A stretch of DNA of 64,000 nucleotides from an uncultured Nitrososphaerota archaeon. Its GTDB lineage: Archaea; Korarchaeota; Korarchaeia; Korarchaeales; Korarchaeaceae. The notes below the pieces were generated by a model, which searched no databases, had not been told where the DNA came from, and worked only from the letters and a program-made list of their open reading frames with translations. Position 1 is the first letter of the stretch, and the number at the start of each line of letters is the position of its first letter. Below are positions 38,303 to 47,439 of this stretch, piece after piece. A program made the position numbers and the translations under genes. The stretch spans positions 96,001 to 160,000 of the forward strand of contig CAZQNA010000002.1 of NCBI GenBank assembly GCA_964594835.1, read 5' to 3'.

Positions 38303-38890
38303 GTGAGGATAGCGGTGGCCGCGGAGGGCCCGGAGGGCCTCGACGCGGTGGTCTCCTACACCTTCGGCAGGGCCCCCTACTTCGTCCTCGTGGAGGTGGT
38401 GGAGGGGGAGGGGAGGATCTCGGGGGCGACCTCCCACTCGAACCCCTACGCGGGCGCCCCCAGCGCGGCTGGCCCCTCGGCCGCGCAGTTCGTCGCCAGC
38501 CTCGGCGCCCAGGTGGCCATGGCAGGGGACTTCGGGATCAACGCCGTTCAGGCGCTGATGAGCCTCGGCATACAGCCCGTCTCGGGATTTGCGGGCATGA
38601 GGGTCAGGGACGCGGTCGAGGCCTACCTGCAGGGAGGGCCCAGGCTCGCGCCGCCTCCCGTGAGGCCGCCCTCGCCCACGCCTACGACCTACCCGCTGAG
38701 AGTTCCGGCGACGCTGCCTCAGCCGCCGCAGCCCGTTCCTCCACCGCCGGCGCCCCCGATTGGGGTTGCGCTCCCGAGGGAAGAGGAAATCCGCCTGCTG
38801 AAGGAGCAGAAGCGGTGGATAGAGGAGAGGCTGAGGCAGATAGAGGAGAGGCTCAGGGAACTGGACAAGCAGGAGAGGGAGGGTGAGTGA
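38303..38890 (+). CDS. NifB/NifX-like domain + Pro-rich linker + DUF5320-like coiled coil
   Basis: FGRAPYF, NPYAGAPSAAGPSAAQ, GDFGINA; REEEIRLLKEQKRWIEERL. Confidence 0.85.
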   Translation: MRIAVAAEGPEGLDAVVSYTFGRAPYFVLVEVVEGEGRISGATSHSNPYAGAPSAAGPSAAQFVASLGAQVAMAGDFGINAVQALMSLGIQPVSGFAGMRVRDAVEAYLQGGPRLAPPPVRPPSPTPTTYPLRVPATLPQPPQPVPPPPAPPIGVALPREEEIRLLKEQKRWIEERLRQIEERLRELDKQEREGE

Positions 38891-39027
38891 ACTAGCTAAG
38901 AAGGTGAAGGAGGGAGAGGAGGTAACGAGGGCCGAGGCTGGAACTCGCCCCTCATCTCTCTTGACCTTCCCCGACTCTACTCTAGGATAAACTTTCAATA
39001 TTTCGAAGGTAAAAAAAGTGGATTTGT

Positions 39028-41040
39028 CTATCCTACTCCAATTACCTTCTCCAATGCGTAGAATGACGGTGGAATGTAGTCGATTCCCAGTTGCCTTGGA
39101 TCCCCGTCAACAGGCACAGCTTGACCAAAGACATATATTGTAATGGTGATCGGTCTCTGGTCCAAGAAGCAGCAGTGAGAAGGGAGCCTCTCTATTGTAG
39201 CAGGATCGCCAGAGCTCAAGAGTTCGATGGCATACCAATACTTAGTTATGGGATCATATGCCGCCAAGAGGTGATGTCCACATCCCTGAATAGGGTTAAT
39301 AACATATGACACCATTATGTTTTCATCAGCTATCCATTTGGCAAGAGCCGACGCTACTTGGCACGAGAATTCACCTTCCTTTAAAAAATTTGTCTCTATG
39401 TTATAAGGCTCTGACACGCCAAATACCCTCTTGACCCCCGGAAAGTTGTTCATTATGTACCTGAAGTCATCTACACTCGAAACTGGTGGCACGCGAGAGA
39501 GTATTTTTTCCCTAATGAGTTCCGGATCATCTCCTGTATAGCCGCAATAGCACGGAACCTTATTAGTAGAAGAGTAAGATAAGGCGCTATAGAACCCCTC
39601 TTCAATCCCCAGCTTTTCCACGCGGCGGTTTATTCCGTCAGGAGAGATTCTCTTGTTTCCGAGCATCCAACCTAATGTGGCCCTCCTTATCGGAGAAGAA
39701 CTAACATAATCGAGCAGTTGAGGAGTCAACGCACTAGTGTTTTCACCCGGTAGGTATGGGAATCTTGAGGTTTCCTCTTTCCTCAGGTAGGCCGTCGAGA
39801 TATTGCTTAACCATAACAGGGCTCGAGAGAATTCCTTCTCAAATTCTGTATATATTCTCGCCAAATGATAAATATTCTCGCCAACTTCACTCGACCTATT
39901 TATAGACCAATTCAATATGTTTAAAGCGACTTCCGCAACTTCCATTAGGTCCGAAATTCTGATCTCTACTCTCGTCGTCAGGTTCAGGAATAGCGAGAAC
40001 TCTGAAGCGTTCCCGTTGTTAAAGTTCTCTATAGCGCCTACCAGTACTCGTGAAGACTCATACTCTGGAGCGGGCCCTCCATCTGAATTTCCTAACAGCA
40101 GCATGTTGAGCTCGGGTATGGCGGAGTTCTTCTTCAAAACCTTTGAAGCAAGATCGGTGAACTCGTGCAGATAACAAATATCTGCCTCCAATTTGTTTAG
40201 ATCATTTTTTATTTCATCTCTAAAACATTCCATCTCTTTCTGCCAAGTCAAGGTAACTTCTAAGTCTTTTGGCACTTTTCCTTTAAGTCTACTGAAGTAC
40301 CCCCAATGTATGACAACATCAAACTCTCTATAACACTGATAGGACGAGTAGGGATCTCCGCAGACATCCCTAAGACTGATATTTTTCAGACCATGAGGTC
40401 CCTTTGGCACGTTTCTCCACATGTCTATCTCCTCAACATCTTTCTCGAGTCTCTGTATCAGTTCGTTCCAACCCTCCACAACTAGCGTAACATCTGGACA
40501 TCTCGGGTCGGTGCCGGTAATCGCCTCAAGAAAGTTCGGCGTGCGGTCTTCATCTACGTCCCCAATTGAAAATTCCCTCGTTCCGAACCTGTCGGAGCCA
40601 GCAATTACTATCACCTCTTTTCCGCCAAATTCTTTTACGAAGACGCCCCCACCCCTATCTACTTGCCATTTTTCTTTAGGGGTCAATAGACTGCTTACAA
40701 TGTTGCCTATGCCGTCGTAAGCTCTATGCCCCCCGAGAATGACGATTCTCTTTATTGTTTGATTCCTTACATAATCATAAAAATCTCCTGCATCACCCTT
40801 TATAACTTCTATTCCGTATGATTCCAGGGCGCGTTCTATATCCTCCCCAGCAACCTCCTCATCAATGGAATTCGCAATTATCGCTGCCATTGGGTTTTCT
40901 GTGGAGGCACGTGCCGTCGTCGGGGCGCGAGAGAAGTACTCCTGAGGGATTACACCAGGAGTTGTAAGAACGATGGAGGAGACCATCGCGTGAGAAAGCC
41001 ACATCGAGAACAGGAGTAAGGAAAGGGCCTTGAGCGCCAC
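39028..41040 (-). CDS. AT-rich secreted protein: ANSID/LGGH/AGSDR module, Ca-binding loop, possible transglutaminase-like C-terminus
   Basis: 670-aa ORF in a low-GC segment; SCQVASALA...GHHLLAAYD...WYAIE. Confidence 0.7.
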   Translation of the reverse strand: MALKALSLLLFSMWLSHAMVSSIVLTTPGVIPQEYFSRAPTTARASTENPMAAIIANSIDEEVAGEDIERALESYGIEVIKGDAGDFYDYVRNQTIKRIVILGGHRAYDGIGNIVSSLLTPKEKWQVDRGGGVFVKEFGGKEVIVIAGSDRFGTREFSIGDVDEDRTPNFLEAITGTDPRCPDVTLVVEGWNELIQRLEKDVEEIDMWRNVPKGPHGLKNISLRDVCGDPYSSYQCYREFDVVIHWGYFSRLKGKVPKDLEVTLTWQKEMECFRDEIKNDLNKLEADICYLHEFTDLASKVLKKNSAIPELNMLLLGNSDGGPAPEYESSRVLVGAIENFNNGNASEFSLFLNLTTRVEIRISDLMEVAEVALNILNWSINRSSEVGENIYHLARIYTEFEKEFSRALLWLSNISTAYLRKEETSRFPYLPGENTSALTPQLLDYVSSSPIRRATLGWMLGNKRISPDGINRRVEKLGIEEGFYSALSYSSTNKVPCYCGYTGDDPELIREKILSRVPPVSSVDDFRYIMNNFPGVKRVFGVSEPYNIETNFLKEGEFSCQVASALAKWIADENIMVSYVINPIQGCGHHLLAAYDPITKYWYAIELLSSGDPATIERLPSHCCFLDQRPITITIYVFGQAVPVDGDPRQLGIDYIPPSFYALEKVIGVG

Positions 41041-41476
41041 TCTCGATCGGACGCTCGTTCTACTCTAAATTTATTATAACCCTTGCCCTTCTGTTTCTGC
41101 TTCTGACCTCAGCCAATCCGAGCGTTAATCTACTCGCTGGCATCGCTGAGTGTAAGGGTCCCCCCTCCCTTGGCCAATCTACGAACTCTCTGCGAGATTT
41201 TAGTAGTTCCACGAGTTTCATGGCCCTCACATGCGCGTCAGCCCGTTGTGATCGGTACGGTGTTCGGGATCGGCCCCATGTTGGAAGGTGAGACGACGGG
41301 CGGAGTTGGTTATATAATCGGCGTTTCTCTCAGCTTAGGTCGTGGAACTCCTCTTTTTCGAAATACCAAAGATTCATCTTTGTAATAGTAGCTGGTGTGA
41401 ATTGGGAAAAAATAAATCCAATCAAATGGTCCCCATCCCACTCCTCTTGAAGAAACTTCGGAAGGTCCCCATTCCC

Positions 41477-41590
41477 CTCCCAAGAATCTAGGGATCCGCT
41501 TGCCGAAGGAACAGAATTGCTGGGTAGGGGTAGAGGAGAAGCTCAACGAACTAGAGCAACGGGAGGAAGAGAGCTATGCTAAGGAAGATC
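41477..41590 (+). pseudogene. Degenerate copy of the 3' end of the NifX-coiled-coil gene
   Basis: atccgcttgccgaaggaacagaattgctgggtag vs atccgcctgctgaaggagcagaagcggtggatag (38789); frameshift and stop upstream. Confidence 0.65.
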
Positions 41591-41981
41591 AGGGTGAGCC
41601 CACCGACGAGGACTTCAAGACCCACGTCGCCAGGGGTTGACGAAGCTTGCCTGGAGAGAGGTCCGAAGGGGCGTGGACGAGCACCCCGCATTCATTGAGA
41701 GTTCCAGGGAGGATATAGAGGCCGTTGAAGGGGCCTAGTCACAAGGACCCTGATGACCATAAAGAGTACTGACTTCCCGATCGAGAGCGACGACGCCCTC
41801 GCGGAGAGGCCCAAGGGGATCGAGGCTTACGGAGTCGACCTGGCCATGTGGGCCAGGGAGTTCAAGTACCCACCCCATCAGAACCCCCCGCCGAGCTGCG
41901 GGAGCTTGCTGAGAGGCTAAAGGGCAGTAGGGGAGGCTGATCGCCCCTCCACCATCCTCAATCTTTAGGGGGCATCTCTCA

Positions 41982-42839
41982 TTATGGCGTGGGTCCCTTT
42001 GTACCCTCCCCGCCTCCCCTGGGCTGCGCGGGCGCGGGTATGAACTCGACGGTCCTGCTCCTCTGGGCGAGGGGCTGCGGGTAGAGGTCCATGAGCAGAT
42101 ACACCTCCTCCGGCACCTCGTCCCTCACGGGCAGGCCCAGCTCCCTGGCGTGCTCGAAGGTTATCGGATAGTCGTGCGTCCAAGTGCCCTGAGTGAGCAG
42201 CTCAGCCAGCTCCCTCGCTCTCTCCTCGCCCATCCTCTCCTTCAGGAGCCAGGTGACGAAGTCCCTCACCTGCCTGATCGCCTTCTCGCTCACGTCGGCC
42301 ATGATCAGCGTCTGGTCGTCCACCTTCTCGGCCCCCTTTCTCTGGACCGCGGCCAGGATCGAGGGGGCTGGAAACTGCCCTATCTGGGGATCGACCGGGC
42401 CGAGGACCGCGTTCCTGTCCATGAGGATCTCGTCGGCGGCGAGCGCTATGAGGGTGCCGCCGCTCATGGCGTAGTGCGGTATGATGACGGTGGTCTTCGC
42501 TGGGTGCTCCCTCAGGGCCCTGGCGATCTGAGTGGCGGCCAGCACGAGACCTCCCGGGGTGTGCACTATCAGATCGATCGGCCTGTCCTTCGGGGCCGCC
42601 CTGATCGCCCGGAGGACGCTCTCCGAGTCGTCTATGTCGATGTACCGGTAGATGGGTATGCCGAAAAGGCCGATGCTCTCCTGCCTGTGTATGAGAGTTA
42701 TGACCGTAGAGCCCCTCCTCTTGGCTATGGCCCTTAGGACCTTGGCCCTGGCGTTGATCAGGGCCTGCTGCTTCAGCTGAGGGGCCATTATCAGCGCGAA
42801 GAGGAACAGGAACCAGAGGAGCGAGAACGGGTCGACCAT
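41982..42839 (-). CDS. SDH family ClpP-class serine protease
   Basis: TLIHRQE, HTPGGLVLAATQIA, YAMSGGTLIALAADEI, LGPVDPQ, WTHDYP. Confidence 0.9.
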   Translation of the reverse strand: MVDPFSLLWFLFLFALIMAPQLKQQALINARAKVLRAIAKRRGSTVITLIHRQESIGLFGIPIYRYIDIDDSESVLRAIRAAPKDRPIDLIVHTPGGLVLAATQIARALREHPAKTTVIIPHYAMSGGTLIALAADEILMDRNAVLGPVDPQIGQFPAPSILAAVQRKGAEKVDDQTLIMADVSEKAIRQVRDFVTWLLKERMGEERARELAELLTQGTWTHDYPITFEHARELGLPVRDEVPEEVYLLMDLYPQPLAQRSRTVEFIPAPAQPRGGGEGTKGPTP

Positions 42840-42918
42840 GTTCCCCCGCCTCACAGTAGCTTTGAAAGGTAATTGAAGTTCTGGCCCCGGCGACCTGCCG
42901 GCGACGCCAGGCCAAAAC

Positions 42919-43353
42919 TTGTTAAGCGACGCCTGGCCCTGCAATCCAGTAAGGGGAGAGGCGCGGCGCTGGCTGTCCGAGGCGGTCTGGGACCTCGAGA
43001 CGGCGAGGATACTCCACGAGAGCGGTAGGTACAACGCGGCCTCCTTCTACTGCCACCAGGCTGCCGAGAAGGCCGCGAAGGCCATGCTGTACAGCGTGAA
43101 CGAGGCACCGTGGGGATACAGCGTCAGGGTCCTGCTGGAGAGGTACTCCAGGGCCTCGGGCCAGCCCCTCTCGAGCGACCTCCTGGCGGCCGCCAGGGAG
43201 CTCGACAGACACTACATCCCATCCAGGTACCCCAACGCCCACCCTCAGGGGACCCCTCACGAGTCCTACGACGCGGAGACCTCTGAGAGGGCCCTAGAGG
43301 CCACCAGCAAGATCCTGGAGGTGGCTAGGCGTGCCGTTGAGGGAGGCGGTTGA
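42919..43353 (+). CDS. HEPN domain protein (start uncertain)
   Basis: FYCHQAAEKAAKA, LDRHYIPSRYP. Confidence 0.88.
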   Translation: MLSDAWPCNPVRGEARRWLSEAVWDLETARILHESGRYNAASFYCHQAAEKAAKAMLYSVNEAPWGYSVRVLLERYSRASGQPLSSDLLAAARELDRHYIPSRYPNAHPQGTPHESYDAETSERALEATSKILEVARRAVEGGG

Positions 43354-43723
43354 GAGGCTCAGGTCGAGGTACAGGTTGCACGCGGTCGTCCTCTTCGGCT
43401 CCAGGGCCAGAGGAGACCACGGACCTTGGAGCGACTACGACCTCCTGATCGTCGCCGACTTCGACTCCCCCTACCTGGATAGGCTGGGCGAGGTGATGGA
43501 GCTGCTCGAGGGGCTCGGCCCCGTCGAGCCGCACCCCTACACCCTCGAGGAGGCGCTCTCCATGCTGAGGAGGGGGTGCCCGACCCTGGTGGACGCGCTC
43601 GAGGAGGGCGTGACGCTCTTCGAGGGCCCCGGACTCTCCGTCCTGAGGGACACGTACGAGTCCATGAGGAGGAGGGGGATGAGGAGGACGAACACCTCGA
43701 TCGTCCTCCCCAGAGGGGGTTGA
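43331..43723 (+). CDS. Minimal nucleotidyltransferase (MNT)
   Basis: LFGSRARGD...SDYDLLIV; overlaps the HEPN gene. Confidence 0.9.
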   Translation: MPLREAVERLRSRYRLHAVVLFGSRARGDHGPWSDYDLLIVADFDSPYLDRLGEVMELLEGLGPVEPHPYTLEEALSMLRRGCPTLVDALEEGVTLFEGPGLSVLRDTYESMRRRGMRRTNTSIVLPRGG

Positions 43724-44044
43724 ATCTAGATAATCTAGATCAGCGGGAGCCTAGAGAGGTCGCGCTTGCGCTATTCTGGTGGTGAACCCGCCAACGCGAC
43801 ACACGGCGGCTATCTGAACCGGGGAGAGGCACTAGGGTCACCCCGCTCCAGCTGGGGTGCTAACGCTCCCCCTCGCGGGAGAGCAGACGCGCTCCTTGAG
43901 TCCCTGCTCTGTCCTGCTCCACGGCTCGGAGGTGGCCAGTTAACCGACCCCTCCCCGCGCGAGCTCTCCCGCGACGCGGGCCCGGCTAGGCCCTAACTTT
44001 AATACGCCGATCCCGCAATTTCCCGGGAAGGCGGTGGGAGCGGA

Positions 44045-44653
44045 GTGTCCGTCGGTGATGTCTCCCTTAAGGAGAAGATGCTGAGGCTGCTGGAGCGAGA
44101 CGCTGAGTTCAGGTACGCTGTAGCTGGCCTCCTTGGGTACAGGGACATACTCGACAGGATGAGGGAGCACGACCGAAAGTTCAACGAGATACTCGAAGAG
44201 CTGAGGAGGCTGAGGATAGATTTCCAGAAGCTCAACATGAGGGTGGAGGTCACCATAGGGAGCATGGGCAAGAGGTGGGGGAGGGACCTGGAGAGGACCG
44301 TCCTGGAGATATTCAGGGAGGCCCTGGAGCGGAGGGGGATAGAGCCCGGCAGGGTGGAGAGGTTCTCTAGAGTGGACAGAGACGGCAGCGTGACTGGCGT
44401 CCCGGGCAGGAGGGTCGAGGCGGACATACTGGTGAGGGACGGCAGGCTCTACATCCTGGAGGTCAAGTCCCACGCCACCCTCGACGACGTGGAGTGGTTC
44501 CACCAGACCTCGCTGTGGGTCATGAAGTACCTGGGGAGGGAGGCGGACAGGCTCATCCTGGTGGCGGTCAACGTGGACGACGACGCGCTGGAGAGGGCGG
44601 GGGAGCTGGGCATAGAGGTCATATTCGGGAATCTCATCAGGCTGGTGGACTGA
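44045..44653 (+). CDS. Coiled-coil + PD-(D/E)XK nuclease-like protein (DUF3782/COG5493-like)
   Basis: LLERDAEFRYAVAGLLG, GKRWG, VEADIL...LEVKS. Confidence 0.8.
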   Translation: MSVGDVSLKEKMLRLLERDAEFRYAVAGLLGYRDILDRMREHDRKFNEILEELRRLRIDFQKLNMRVEVTIGSMGKRWGRDLERTVLEIFREALERRGIEPGRVERFSRVDRDGSVTGVPGRRVEADILVRDGRLYILEVKSHATLDDVEWFHQTSLWVMKYLGREADRLILVAVNVDDDALERAGELGIEVIFGNLIRLVD

Positions 44654-44694
44654 GCAGACTTATCCTCTCTCGCTCAGACTTCGTCTAGGTCGAC

Positions 44695-45222
44695 GTGGAT
44701 CGATCTGATGATCCGGAAGGTTTCCACACGCCCAGACGGAAGCCTAATTATTTCCTCAGGGTTTCCACCCCCTGGCTGGTCGAGTTGGGGAGAAAGAGGG
44801 TGAGGCTCAGCGACGAGGGCCGCGCCCTGATCATGGGTTGGCACCTCCTCAGGGGGATATTGGTGAGGTCGGGCTCGAGCAAGGTATACCACTTCTCGAA
44901 GGCCGCGTATCACGCCCAGAAGCTGGTGAGGAAGAGGCTTGAGGCCGGTGAGGCTGAGAGGCTCGGCCTCACCAAGTCGGAGTACGTCATGCTGCTGACG
45001 ATGGCTCAGGGGGACGAGTTTACCGCGAGGGAGCTGGCCGAGGCCACTGGTTTGAGCGAGAGCACCGTCCGAAAGAACCTCAGGACCTTCGTCAAGGCGG
45101 GTGTGGCCCTCGAGGATGCCTCTCAGGTGCCCCACATTTATAGGCTGAGGGAGGACGTGAGAGAGGAGCTAAGGGAGGCCCTCGAGCGCGAGGGCGATGA
45201 AGAGGAGGGGGATGAGGGTTGA
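44695..45222 (+). CDS. Hypothetical winged-helix DNA-binding protein
   Basis: LTKSEYVML...TARELAEATGLSESTVRKNLRTFVKAG. Confidence 0.65.
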   Translation: MDRSDDPEGFHTPRRKPNYFLRVSTPWLVELGRKRVRLSDEGRALIMGWHLLRGILVRSGSSKVYHFSKAAYHAQKLVRKRLEAGEAERLGLTKSEYVMLLTMAQGDEFTARELAEATGLSESTVRKNLRTFVKAGVALEDASQVPHIYRLREDVREELREALEREGDEEEGDEG

Positions 45223-45536
45223 GCGACGAGGAGAGAGAGGAGGGAGGAGGCGGCGAGGGCGAGGGGGGAGAGGAGTCTGGGGGGCTCGACCTACTCTCGA
45301 TGGGGTCAATGGGGAGCGCGCTTCAGCTGATGCTCATAACGCAGGCCCTGGGGAGGCTCATGAAGAAGATCGAGAGGGGAGAGTTTGACCGCGGCTTCCT
45401 GAGCGACGCGGTCTACGTCATAGGGGCCCTGATGCTCATGGTGGGGATGAGCCACCCGAAGGCGTTCTCCGAGCTCAAGGACTTCCTGGAGAGGCTGGTG
45501 TCGTCGGAGTCCGATTCGGGCTCTGAGGAGGGCTAG
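45219..45536 (+). CDS. Hypothetical protein
   Basis: TTGA overlap with the upstream gene; typical codon usage. Confidence 0.6.
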   Translation: MSDEEREEGGGGEGEGGEESGGLDLLSMGSMGSALQLMLITQALGRLMKKIERGEFDRGFLSDAVYVIGALMLMVGMSHPKAFSELKDFLERLVSSESDSGSEEG

Positions 45537-45557
45537 CTCACGGGGAGGGGGGGGTAT

Positions 45558-46142
45558 TTGGAGGTGCAGACGCCCGAACTCTCCTCGGCCCTTTGGTACG
45601 GCCTCCTGATCGCCCTTGCACTCTTCCTGGTGTACAGGGTCGCCGTGGCTCTCGCCTTCGGGTTCCTGGCCAAGAGGATGGGGAGGAGGTTCAACGTCTC
45701 GTCCAGGGAGGCCGTTAACGTGGCTCTCGCAAGCTTCCTGGACACGGCGCTGGGCCTGCTGGTGCTGGCCATGAGCGTCTTCACCCGCGAGATGGACGTT
45801 GAGTCGGCGAAGAGGCTCGTGGAGAGGGTGAAGTCGGACTCACTCTACGTCGTCAGCATCCTATCCGGGGTTGACGACTACCAGGCCAGGAACCTAGCGA
45901 GGGACGCTCAGCTTCTCGTGGAGAAGCTCGACCAGGCCCAGAAGAGCCCGACTTTCGGTAGACTCGACGTGATAGAGGAGCTGGAGACGATTGAGCAGGA
46001 TCTGATGTTCATCAGGGACAAGGCCGACGACATCTCGCTGTCAGAGGATCCGAAGCTCAGGAGCAAGCTCCTGTCGGAGTGCGTCCGGAGGATGGACTCC
46101 GCTAAGGACAGGCTTGAGAGGCTCCTGGGGAAGCTTCAGTGA
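45558..46142 (+). CDS. Hypothetical membrane protein (2 TM + helical domain)
   Basis: G-rich SD, TTG start, two hydrophobic segments. Confidence 0.65.
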   Translation: MEVQTPELSSALWYGLLIALALFLVYRVAVALAFGFLAKRMGRRFNVSSREAVNVALASFLDTALGLLVLAMSVFTREMDVESAKRLVERVKSDSLYVVSILSGVDDYQARNLARDAQLLVEKLDQAQKSPTFGRLDVIEELETIEQDLMFIRDKADDISLSEDPKLRSKLLSECVRRMDSAKDRLERLLGKLQ

Positions 46143-46244
46143 GGACCAGTCGCTGGATCCTCTACTCGTCTCCTAACTCCCGCTGACCGCGGCGCGGATG
46201 AAAAAGGTGAAGGAGTCGGAATTGTTTGGGGACACCGGGGGGGT

Positions 46245-46598
46245 CTACTCCCCCGACTCCTTCACCTTCTTTATCTCCTCGGCTATCTCCTTGAGCGCCT
46301 CCTTGGGATCCTTTCCCTCCTTCTCAGCCCTCTCCCGGGTGGCCACAAACACCCCGGCTAGGGCTGCCGCGGCAAGCTCGACTATGTCGGATGGGGACCT
46401 CTCGGGCAGAAGCTCCTTGGCGATCATCTTCGCCTTCTCGGCAGGGGTCAGGTCGTCCCTCTTGAGGATCTCGGCTATGTCCTCCCTCTCAGAGAGGGCC
46501 TCCAGCAGGGCGAACACGGCCGCCGCGGCGGCCACGCCCTTGAGGGCCTTCTTGGCATCTTCGGGAACTCCAATCTTCTTACCCTTCTCCTCGGGCAT
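46245..46598 (-). CDS. Hypothetical helical protein
   Basis: ATG start MPEEKGKK; Lys/Glu-rich, typical codons. Confidence 0.6.
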   Translation of the reverse strand: MPEEKGKKIGVPEDAKKALKGVAAAAAVFALLEALSEREDIAEILKRDDLTPAEKAKMIAKELLPERSPSDIVELAAAALAGVFVATRERAEKEGKDPKEALKEIAEEIKKVKESGE

Positions 46599-46694
46599 GT
46601 TCGATCTGATCCTGATCCTCCGAGTTGGCAATATTAACTTTCGGTGCCGGGAAGCCAGCAGGACACCCTCCGGTGGGCAGCCCGCCCCCGTCGA

Positions 46695-47267
46695 TCACAG
46701 GGGCTTGCAGAGGATCACCTTGACCCTCAGGTCGAAGAAGTTGCTAGAGTGCGCCGGCCTCACCACGGCGGCGGTGTCGGCCCCCTTCCCGGTCCCGGCC
46801 ACGCAGATGACGTCCCTGTCCACCGGTATGAGGCCCGCGTCCGCGGCCATGACCGCTATCTCGACGCACACCTTGATCCCCTCGCCGAAGAGCCTCAGCG
46901 CGTTCGCCATAAGCTCAACCGGTCCATAGGTCCCCAGCTGCTTCCTCATCGCCCTCTCCACCCCTGACAGGGCGTGCGTGGCCACGAGGACCTTGGCGCC
47001 GAGTTCCTCCATTCGCCTCCTGCTATCGGGATCGAGCTCAAGTGTGCCGGGGGATTTGAAGCCGGCCATGTGCGTGACTATGACCAGGTTCCTCCCGGGG
47101 AGGAGGGTCTCGGCGGCCCTGACGCCCGTGTAGCCCCTAGTAGACGCCACCACCACGTCCCTCACTCCAAGGCGGTCGGAGGCCTCCTTGACAATCTGCA
47201 GAACCTCGTCAGTGTGCTCGGGACCCTCTGTCTCGAAGTAGGTCGACTCCCACCTGAGCGCCGACAT
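46695..47267 (-). CDS. Pyruvate kinase alpha/beta-domain protein (COG1751/MTH1675-like)
   Basis: VVVASTRGYTG, VTHMAGF, THALSGVER, KVCVEIAVMAADAG, GADTA, CKP. Confidence 0.88.
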   Translation of the reverse strand: MSALRWESTYFETEGPEHTDEVLQIVKEASDRLGVRDVVVASTRGYTGVRAAETLLPGRNLVIVTHMAGFKSPGTLELDPDSRRRMEELGAKVLVATHALSGVERAMRKQLGTYGPVELMANALRLFGEGIKVCVEIAVMAADAGLIPVDRDVICVAGTGKGADTAAVVRPAHSSNFFDLRVKVILCKPL

Positions 47268-47439
47268 TGTGGAGACCTGGAAAACTATGGATATAATGGG
47301 TTTGAGATGGGTCCAAACGACCCCTCGCGGCCCCAGCCTCGCGGGAGGTCTGCCCGACCCCAAGCGACGGGATTTGGTGAGGAGCTGCTCCCGGGGAGGG
47401 GCTTGGGGTATCGGTCAGGGCCTCGCGGCCAGGCCGCGC

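Noticed and set aside
38900-41560. Calling the AT-rich segment a mobile element
   Set aside because: No integrase, transposase, terminal inverted repeats or tRNA site seen; reported only as a compositional insert.
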